From contig JBDRSV010000029.1 in the NCBI GenBank assembly GCA_043824495.1, positions 1 through 41,542 on the forward strand: DNA of 41,542 nucleotides, given 5' to 3'. The notes under the pieces are model-generated. The model was given only the letters and a program-made list of their open reading frames with translations. It searched no databases and was not told the DNA's origin. Within the stretch, counting starts at the first letter, position 1. Every line of letters begins with the position of its first letter. Positions 34,418 through 41,542 of this stretch are shown here, one piece after another. Position numbers and translations under genes: made by a program. The DNA comes from Candidatus Aenigmatarchaeota archaeon (lineage in GTDB: Archaea; Aenigmatarchaeota; Aenigmatarchaeia; QMZP01).

Positions 34418-34486
34418 GTTATTAATATTTAAACTCATTGTTAATAACAATTATCTGAATATTTATAAATAGTTAATAACAATTAT
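34418..34486. promoter_or_regulatory. Divergent ZIP/NikR promoter with repeated operator-like motif
   Basis: gttaataacaattat at 34440-34454 and 34472-34486; inverted gttattaa at 34418-34425; TATA-like elements at 34428 and 34462. Confidence 0.7.
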
Positions 34487-34491
34487 TTATC

Positions 34492-34878
34492 ATGGCTGAA
34501 ATAATTAGCTTGTCTCTTACACCGGAACTCAAAAAAGAATTGGATAGACTCCAGAATGAATATGGGTTCAGTGGAAGGAGTGAAGTTATCAGATCAGGAA
34601 TTCGTATGCTTTTGTCAGAGAATAAAGATATGGGAAAGATGACAGGAAAAATAGATGCAACCTTACTTATCACCCACCACGAGAAATATACAAAGGATGT
34701 TTTTGCTGTTATGCATCAGTATACACATCTAGTCAAATCACAAATACATTATCATATACATCATGATAAATGCTTAGAAATGTTTATTCTGAACGGAGAA
34801 GGGAAAGAAATAGAAATGATTGTTAGGGGATTAAGAAAACAAAAAGAAATAGAATTCATTAAACTTGTTATGCTATAG
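34492..34878 (+). CDS. NikR-like (RHH plus ACT) metalloregulator
   Basis: IISLSL...SGRSEVIRSGIR; H, HYH, CLE ligand pattern. Confidence 0.9.
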   Translation: MAEIISLSLTPELKKELDRLQNEYGFSGRSEVIRSGIRMLLSENKDMGKMTGKIDATLLITHHEKYTKDVFAVMHQYTHLVKSQIHYHIHHDKCLEMFILNGEGKEIEMIVRGLRKQKEIEFIKLVML

Positions 34879-34937
34879 CTCAAAGGGGTAAATCTTTAAA
34901 AACCCTTCATACTTCTATCAAACAAATAGGTGAGATT

Positions 34938-35432
34938 ATGAGTAACGTTGATAGTGCTGCAGCTGATTGGGACGCTCTTCATCAAATATCATTAAAGCAA
35001 ATAGATGTTGGTGATTGGAGCAACAGCGCAACATTAGAATTTACAAAATGTCGCAGAGATACTGGGAACTCTAGAATTTACGCTGCAATTATAGGTGGAC
35101 GGAATTATTTAGCTTATCGAGTAGGTGATAACACATATCTTGCAAATGCGGATCGCCTTGATTCTGAGAACAAGACAATAAAAACAGCGTGTTTAGTTAT
35201 ATCCGAAAATTTTGTGGAATATTCTCAACCAGGAGATACATGTAAAGCGGTAGTAGTAAAAGATCCTATTCTCTTAACTGAAATTCAGTCACTTCATACC
35301 GAGAGACAGACTGACTATCCAGTTGATGATCTAGCTTTAGATGTAGTAGCAATAGGAGATGCATTACGTGACATGGAAAGTGGTAGACCTTTACGTCCAG
35401 GTTACCTGGATGAACATTTTGATACAGAATAG
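34938..35432 (+). CDS. Hypothetical protein
   Basis: AGGTGA SD; 164 aa; no family recognised. Confidence 0.65.
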   Translation: MSNVDSAAADWDALHQISLKQIDVGDWSNSATLEFTKCRRDTGNSRIYAAIIGGRNYLAYRVGDNTYLANADRLDSENKTIKTACLVISENFVEYSQPGDTCKAVVVKDPILLTEIQSLHTERQTDYPVDDLALDVVAIGDALRDMESGRPLRPGYLDEHFDTE

Positions 35433-35532
35433 TGTATAATTTCTGTATATAGATATTTAAACAGGAAAATATGTAAATATAATAGTTTGAATGAGGGAAA
35501 ACATTTATATAGAAGAAAATTAACAAATTTCC

Positions 35533-35691
35533 ATGGCTGGAAAAAATACAATAACAACCACAATAGAGGTAGATAAGAAGCTCTTTCTTAACTTCAAATC
35601 TTTGTGTGTGTTAAAAGAAAAGAAGCTATCTAATGAAATTGAAGGTCTCATCAAGAAAAGAGTGGAAGAGATGAAAAAAGAGGCCGAATAA
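35533..35691 (+). CDS. 52-aa ribbon-helix-helix-like protein
   Basis: TTTIEVDKKLFLNFKSLC...LSNEIEGLIKK; TATA-like element ~25 bp upstream; below the ORF-track cutoff. Confidence 0.7.
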   Translation: MAGKNTITTTIEVDKKLFLNFKSLCVLKEKKLSNEIEGLIKKRVEEMKKEAE

Positions 35692-35719
35692 GGGTTATTT
35701 TTAAAAGCATTTGGGTTAT

Positions 35720-36229
35720 ATGATTGTTATGAAGTCACTAATAGTATTTGCTGTAATATTGATCATTGCATTAGTAGCTATATTTATGGGTACTGGTATT
35801 ACCGGACTCTTTATCGGAAGCAGGGTTCTACCAGCAAGTAATGTAGAATTAATAGTGCATCCTCCTGAAATAGGAGAGAGTGATTCAGGTTTAATCACGC
35901 TCACAATACCCCTAACTTTCAAGAATTTAGAAGATAGGTTGGTTCAGTTGCCAGAAACAAGAATAACACTTTATGATCCAGAATTTAATACACTATTCCC
36001 TATAGATAGTGATAGCTTAGATGGCTTATTCACCACAATGGAACCTGAAGAAGAAAAAACAATAAGATTAACATATTTCTTAGCAAGCGAAGAAATTAAT
36101 GCTCTTTTTGTGATCACTGCGGATAGAATTTCACACCAAGTCCCAATATACTCACAAGGAACACCTGTTTTACTCGAAGATGTTAAAATAGATTATGTAG
36201 TAAAAAATCCTACATATGCAGTTGAGTAG
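35720..36229 (+). CDS. Membrane-anchored protein with beta-rich extracellular domain (start uncertain)
   Basis: N-terminal TM, then LTIPLTFKN...MEPEEEKTIRLTY. Confidence 0.65.
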   Translation: MIVMKSLIVFAVILIIALVAIFMGTGITGLFIGSRVLPASNVELIVHPPEIGESDSGLITLTIPLTFKNLEDRLVQLPETRITLYDPEFNTLFPIDSDSLDGLFTTMEPEEEKTIRLTYFLASEEINALFVITADRISHQVPIYSQGTPVLLEDVKIDYVVKNPTYAVE

Positions 36230-36249
36230 TAAAAGAATTTATTGCTCTT

Positions 36250-36741
36250 GTGCAAATTATACACATGTCTAAACTTAGAGGTTTCTTATTTCAATTCTCT
36301 TACATGTTTCTTTATCCTTTTATGATCATATTACTCTTGTTCTATACACCTGTTCTCAGAGGAGATACAGTGGTCTTCATGACTGATGCTGGACAAGTTC
36401 CAGTATTTGTGGAAGTAGCTGACAATCCAATAAAACAACAACAAGGATTGATGAATAGAACAGAATTAAAAAAAGATTCAGGAATGCTTTTTATTTTCGG
36501 TGATGAGACAATGAGACATTTCTGGATGAAGAATACTCTAATTCCACTAGATATGATATTCATTGATTCTGATGGAGAAATAGTTCATATACACAAGAAT
36601 GTTCAACCATGTAAAACAACGATATGCGATACATATGGTTCTAATAAACCAGCTAAATATGTGGTTGAAGTGATTGGCGGTTACACGGACAAAAAGGGAA
36701 TAGATATTGGAGATAAGGTGAAAATCCCTTCTAATATTTAA
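36250..36741 (+). CDS. DUF192-family protein (start uncertain)
   Basis: VEVAD...QGLMNR...GMLFIF...FWMKNTLIPLDMIFID...YVVEV. Confidence 0.93.
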   Translation: MQIIHMSKLRGFLFQFSYMFLYPFMIILLLFYTPVLRGDTVVFMTDAGQVPVFVEVADNPIKQQQGLMNRTELKKDSGMLFIFGDETMRHFWMKNTLIPLDMIFIDSDGEIVHIHKNVQPCKTTICDTYGSNKPAKYVVEVIGGYTDKKGIDIGDKVKIPSNI

Positions 36742-36763
36742 AACAACACTCTAAACAGTGTAT

Positions 36764-39391
36764 ATGATAAAAGAATGGATTGCCGCAATTATTATTATAA
36801 TTCTAGCTGCTATTCCTATAGTTTTTGGTATATATGGTGATTGGGTATGGTTCCAATCAGTAGGTTATGATGCTGTTTTCGTGGATATATTATTCACATC
36901 GATTTATCTCGGCTTAGCTTTTGGTTTAAGCTTCCTGGCATTCTCTTTGATAAACATCAAAGTAGCTTCTAAAAGATCTGGTAAAAAGAAGAAAAGCGAT
37001 ATCATGGTTATCATTCTTTCTCTAGTCTTTACATTAATTGTAGTTTCAGCTTTTGCAAACTGGGATATTTATTTGAAATCCACAGAAGGTTCAGTGTTTG
37101 GAGAAACAGACCCTGTTTTTGGAATGGATATAGGTTTCTACGTGTTTACACTACCTTGGTATAATCTACTTTTCTCTTTTGCTTTATTCACAATCATAAT
37201 CACAATGATACTCACAACAATCACATATTTGTATCACTCTCAGACGAAGAAAATAATAGATGATGATCTGCCTGCGGTTACTACACTCAATTTGTCTGCA
37301 ATGAAAACTAATCTAATTCCTCATCTAAGTGTTCTACTTGGTTTGTTATTTTTCACTCTTACAATTGGTTTCATGCTTGCACAATATGGTTTATTATTCT
37401 CAACAAATGGAGCTGCTTTCGGTGCTGGATATATAGATTTGAATATAATGTTGCCTTTACTCATGGTTTTGGGTATCATTTCATTTGTAATTGGTTTGCT
37501 TTTCTTGGCAAATGTAAAAATTAAAAGATGGAAGCTTTTAGTTGAAGGATTGGCTATTTTTGTTGGAATAGCTATTGTAGGCTTGTTAGTTGCAGGTGTT
37601 GTGCAAGGATTCCAAGTGGGTCCCGATGAGTATAATTTTGAAGAACCTTATATAGTAAGGAGTATAGAACACACTTTAGCAGCTTATGGAATAGACAATG
37701 TCGAACAGAAACCATTCCCTGTTGGTGATTTGGCTCTAGAAGATATAGAGAATAATAGAGAGACAATAGATAATATTCGGTTGTGGGATTTCAGGCCTTT
37801 GGGTCAGACGTATGAGCAACTACAATTATTTAGAACATATTATGAATTCAATGATATTGATATAGACAGGTATACTATAGACGGAGAACCAAGACAGGTT
37901 ATGATTTCTGCGAGAGAAATAAACATCAGAGATTTACCATCAAATGCAAGAACATGGGTAAATGAGCATATGGTTTACACACATGGATATGGTGTTGTGG
38001 CAAATGATGTGAATAAAGTTTCTGATGAAGGATTGCCAGAATTCTTGATTAAGAACATACCACCAGAAACAGAAACTGAACTAGCTCTAACGCAGCCTGA
38101 GATCTATTACGGTGAGCTAGAAGGAGAATATGCAATAATCAATACAAATACGCAGGAGTTGGATTATCCAAGTGGAGATCAAAATGTTTACACTTCTTAT
38201 GAGGGTAAAGGCGGCGTTATAATGGATTCTCTTAACAGGCTTGTTTATGCAATCAAATTCGCTTCAATTGAATTGTTGTTCTCGAATTCAATTACAGATC
38301 AGAGTAAGATACTCATGAACAGGAATATAATAGAAAGAGTTGACAAAATAGCTCCATTCCTTTTGTATGATTCAGATCCTTACATTGTTGCTGCTGATGG
38401 TAAATTATATTGGATGCTTGATGCATACTCAGTTTCTGATGCATACCCGTATTCACAGCCATCATGGACTGGAAGACATTATCTAAATTATATAAGAAAC
38501 TCTGTGAAGGTTGTAGTAGATGCATACAATGGAGACGTAACTTACTATGTAATTGACAAAGATCCTGTGATATCAACATACATGAACATGTTCCCAGAAT
38601 TGTTTGTAGATTTCGAGCAAATGCCTGATACCTTGAAAGATCATATAAGATATCCTGAAGGTTTGTTCATATTACAAAAAGAGATGTATTCCACATTCCA
38701 CATGGAGGATCCTAGAGTATTCTATAACAAAGAGGATGTATGGATCACCCCATTCGAGATTCTAAGAGGATCTAAGAGCGAAATGATGCCTTATTATGTG
38801 ATCATGAAGCTTCCTGGTGACGTGGAAGAAGAGTTCATATTGATGATTCCATTCACACCAAGAGGAAAAGATAACATGATTGGATGGATGGCTGCTAAGT
38901 CTGATCTACCTGATTATGGTAAACTAGTTGTTTTCACATTCTCCAAGCAGGAGCTAGTATATGGACCTCTGCAAATAGAAGCTAGAATAGATCAGGACAC
39001 AGATATCTCACAGAAGATTACACTATGGAGTCAAGCGGGATCCAATGTATTTAGGGGTAATACTCTTGTGATTCCAATAGAAGATTCAATACTATATGTA
39101 GAACCTCTTTTCCTTCAGGCAACAGAACAAGGCTCTGTACCACAGCTAAAACAAGTAATTGTCTCACATGGGAACAGAGTGGTGATGGAAGCAACTCTAC
39201 AAGAAGCTCTAGATGCAATATTCGGTAAGACAACCACGAAACCAGGTGAAGAACCAACAGAACCACAAACCGACGAAGAGACAATAAACCAAATAAGAGA
39301 GTTGTACAAAAAAGCTCAGGAAGCCTTGAGAACTGGTGATCTAAGTTTATATGCAGATTATGTAGATCAAATTGGCGACCTTCTTAAGTAA
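36764..39391 (+). CDS. UPF0182-family membrane protein
   Basis: DWVWFQSVGY, DPVFGMDIGFYVF, IRLWD, IDIDRY, HMVYTHGYG, PEIYYGE, YIRNSVK, RYPEGLF, ARIDQD. Confidence 0.95.
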   Translation: MIKEWIAAIIIIILAAIPIVFGIYGDWVWFQSVGYDAVFVDILFTSIYLGLAFGLSFLAFSLINIKVASKRSGKKKKSDIMVIILSLVFTLIVVSAFANWDIYLKSTEGSVFGETDPVFGMDIGFYVFTLPWYNLLFSFALFTIIITMILTTITYLYHSQTKKIIDDDLPAVTTLNLSAMKTNLIPHLSVLLGLLFFTLTIGFMLAQYGLLFSTNGAAFGAGYIDLNIMLPLLMVLGIISFVIGLLFLANVKIKRWKLLVEGLAIFVGIAIVGLLVAGVVQGFQVGPDEYNFEEPYIVRSIEHTLAAYGIDNVEQKPFPVGDLALEDIENNRETIDNIRLWDFRPLGQTYEQLQLFRTYYEFNDIDIDRYTIDGEPRQVMISAREINIRDLPSNARTWVNEHMVYTHGYGVVANDVNKVSDEGLPEFLIKNIPPETETELALTQPEIYYGELEGEYAIINTNTQELDYPSGDQNVYTSYEGKGGVIMDSLNRLVYAIKFASIELLFSNSITDQSKILMNRNIIERVDKIAPFLLYDSDPYIVAADGKLYWMLDAYSVSDAYPYSQPSWTGRHYLNYIRNSVKVVVDAYNGDVTYYVIDKDPVISTYMNMFPELFVDFEQMPDTLKDHIRYPEGLFILQKEMYSTFHMEDPRVFYNKEDVWITPFEILRGSKSEMMPYYVIMKLPGDVEEEFILMIPFTPRGKDNMIGWMAAKSDLPDYGKLVVFTFSKQELVYGPLQIEARIDQDTDISQKITLWSQAGSNVFRGNTLVIPIEDSILYVEPLFLQATEQGSVPQLKQVIVSHGNRVVMEATLQEALDAIFGKTTTKPGEEPTEPQTDEETINQIRELYKKAQEALRTGDLSLYADYVDQIGDLLK

Positions 39392-39439
39392 GACCGCAAA
39401 AGTTATTATCTTCAGAATACAATTTATTTATGTGATTAC

Positions 39440-39670
39440 ATGACAAAGAAAAAAATTCATGTGTGTCCTAAGTGTGGCGGAACTAGATTGGCTCCAATGA
39501 ATACTATATCCACACCAAATATTATTTTCAAATCGCATGAGGGAAAGAATTTAGGTCTGATCACATGCAAAAGCTGCGGATATCAAGGAGCTTTCCTAGA
39601 AATGGACGAAGATGTTCTAAAGGAATTTCAAAAGCAATTGCATGAGTTCAAGAAGAAGCATGAAGATTAG
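39440..39670 (+). CDS. Small Zn-ribbon protein
   Basis: CPKC...CKSCGY. Confidence 0.75.
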   Translation: MTKKKIHVCPKCGGTRLAPMNTISTPNIIFKSHEGKNLGLITCKSCGYQGAFLEMDEDVLKEFQKQLHEFKKKHED

Positions 39671-41541
39671 ACAGCTTCTAAAAAGTTTTCAGCAACCCAG
39701 CCATCTGTTCCAGCATATGCCCTATATCCACCGGCTCCCCCAACCCAAGCATCTTCAGTTGGCCAATTAACATACCAATATTTTCCTTGAGGACCATGAT
39801 AGTAATCTTCTATTATCCCTGTCTGCCCAGCAGCCTTAGTTTTTGAAGAACTGCCTGTGAAAGGAGGGTAAAAAATTGAAACAGTTTGAGTAGCCCTAAC
39901 ATTATCTCCAATAGAAAATTTATAATTAAAAACAGTATCAATTGGACTCAAGTAAGTCTCATCAACCCATCCATCAAGATCCCTTCCGTACTTATCAAGC
40001 CCATCAAAATCAACATACCAAAACCAATTACTTCCTTCTCCCACAACGACATTCCCAGATGAATCAAAAACAAGACCTGATTTAACTGCCTCTTTTGTTA
40101 TTGTTCCAGTAGAACCAAAACCATATATAAAACTACTTGATTCTCTAGGTTCTGCGCTAACACTCACCAAACTGTTTGTCTTAACCTTTTCTCCAACTTC
40201 AAACTTGTCACTTCCCGCCACAACAGTCACTTGGATTGTTTTTTCAACTCTTGCATTAGTTCCCCCATCATCTACAGCTAATTTAATAGTATAAGTTCCA
40301 ATATCATTGTATTTATGGTAAACAATACAGTTCCATCCTAATCTAAGGTAGTTCCCACAAGTCTTTGATTCCCATTCACTCCCATCACCCCAATTCATTC
40401 TGGCAAAAGTTCCAATAGGGGAAGTTGATTCTTTAACCCCTCCTCTAAATACAATAGGCATCGCCACTCCTTTTTGGGCTACTTTAGGATAATCTAAAAT
40501 GTCAAAAACAATCTTTGAACTATCTCCAACTATCCTACGCAAATTATCTCCTAAAATCCATCCCTCTCCATCTTCAAAAGAATTGTACTTAGTATAAAAC
40601 CATAGCTTTCCATCTTCTTTTTTCATATCAAATATGTATGCCCTCTTACCCGCTTCTGCGATAATCATAGATGATTCTGATTTAAGTGTTCTGCAGTAAT
40701 AAGTTGAAACGCAAGTGTTTGGTATTTGAACATCTCTATCTATAATCACTGCATCATAATAATGCCAATTATTTTCAGTTAGGGGTTCTGTGTCATAGCC
40801 CCAGTATAAGAAATCAAGTGATCCTTCAGATTTCCATCCATTTTTACTTTGATCCATAGATTTATCAAAACTTATATTCCATCCCCAATAATGCCCATCG
40901 TCACTTAATTTGGGTCCACTGACTATAGTTCCGGGACCAAACATTGCCATTTTAGGATCTTGGCCTATGCTTAGCCAATATTTTATCCTATCCCCAATTT
41001 CATATCTACCAGGGTATTGTAAAGGATCTCCTGCAGGAATAATATCAAATGGTTGACTCTTAGCATGTAAAATATTTGTATCTTCAGCGTAAACTAGGAT
41101 CCTATAATTATGTCCTCCAAGTTTTTTACCATTTAAACTTTCGGGAATTGTCCAAGTATAAGAGCCTATATCATACGTTGTAGCAATTTCTCCTACATTC
41201 TCTAAATGTAATCTATAATAATCATATACTGCGTTATAGTCAATGTTGTTATCATACATATTTGGATCAGAGAACCATCTTTCTGGTCTATACATTATTT
41301 TCAATCTTTCCCCTGTTCTTAAAATTTGGAATCTTCCTGGAGCAATAAAATTAAAAGGAAAATCATGGAAATTCAATGAACCTCGATAATCGTAATTGAT
41401 ATAATTGGTATCAATTAATGGAGCTGCGCCACATCTATTTTCTTCGCACCCAAATTCACATGCATTGTTGTTTATAATGCTACAATTTTCCATTCTGTAT
41501 GCTTCATATGATCCTGAAGTACTTGATACACAGAACCATTC
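39667..41541 (-). CDS. Large surface protein with Cys-rich segment, SH3-like repeats and PKD domain; 5' end off the right edge
   Basis: Frame stays open from 41493 to the edge (EWFCVSSTSGSYEAYR); repeats F/Y-x-I/V-G-D/E-x-V/I...W.V...GW..E..L; PKD NWGDG...H.Y...GTYTIKL.V.D. Confidence 0.85.
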   Translation of the reverse strand, partial: EWFCVSSTSGSYEAYRMENCSIINNNACEFGCEENRCGAAPLIDTNYINYDYRGSLNFHDFPFNFIAPGRFQILRTGERLKIMYRPERWFSDPNMYDNNIDYNAVYDYYRLHLENVGEIATTYDIGSYTWTIPESLNGKKLGGHNYRILVYAEDTNILHAKSQPFDIIPAGDPLQYPGRYEIGDRIKYWLSIGQDPKMAMFGPGTIVSGPKLSDDGHYWGWNISFDKSMDQSKNGWKSEGSLDFLYWGYDTEPLTENNWHYYDAVIIDRDVQIPNTCVSTYYCRTLKSESSMIIAEAGKRAYIFDMKKEDGKLWFYTKYNSFEDGEGWILGDNLRRIVGDSSKIVFDILDYPKVAQKGVAMPIVFRGGVKESTSPIGTFARMNWGDGSEWESKTCGNYLRLGWNCIVYHKYNDIGTYTIKLAVDDGGTNARVEKTIQVTVVAGSDKFEVGEKVKTNSLVSVSAEPRESSSFIYGFGSTGTITKEAVKSGLVFDSSGNVVVGEGSNWFWYVDFDGLDKYGRDLDGWVDETYLSPIDTVFNYKFSIGDNVRATQTVSIFYPPFTGSSSKTKAAGQTGIIEDYYHGPQGKYWYVNWPTEDAWVGGAGGYRAYAGTDGWVAENFLEAV

Positions 41542-41542
41542 T

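Overview
AT-rich (about 30-35% GC in the lines I counted) archaeal chromosome segment. radA, archaeal RPA, Dph6, Trm5-like, Ogg, DUF373, the PRC-barrel gene and TATA-type promoters point to a DPANN archaeon, most plausibly Aenigmarchaeota-like (inference). Left (1-9400) is accessory: a large secreted S8 protease running off the edge, Doc/RHH, Fic and a frameshifted HAD phosphatase bounded by three copies of a ~27-34 bp repeat, an RsuA-type pseudouridine synthase, a PIN protein, and a sharply GC/CpG-rich ~1.4 kb unit (structured leader, strong SD, secreted Thr/Cys-rich ORF, terminal hairpins) divergent from dinB. The middle (9500-27400) is mostly minus-strand housekeeping (ogg, dph6, trm5, thpR, Kef, RsmB, pgk, gap, radA, rpa). 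At 27400-30750 gene orientation flips, and there is a compact locus with a wHTH gene, an active short tyrosine recombinase, a catalytically dead paralogue and a dif-like 15-6-15 inverted repeat 4 bp after its stop, with shared motifs in two AT-rich flanks. The right part is mostly plus-strand: a degenerate RelA/SpoT-like HD protein, macrodomain, YfbR-like HD, ZIP/NikR pair, DUF192, UPF0182 and a 5'-truncated SH3-repeat/PKD surface protein. I found no tRNA, rRNA, CRISPR array or transposase. The strongest novelty candidates are the active/dead Xer pair with its site and the GC-rich cassette. All family assignments come from motif recognition, not database searches.
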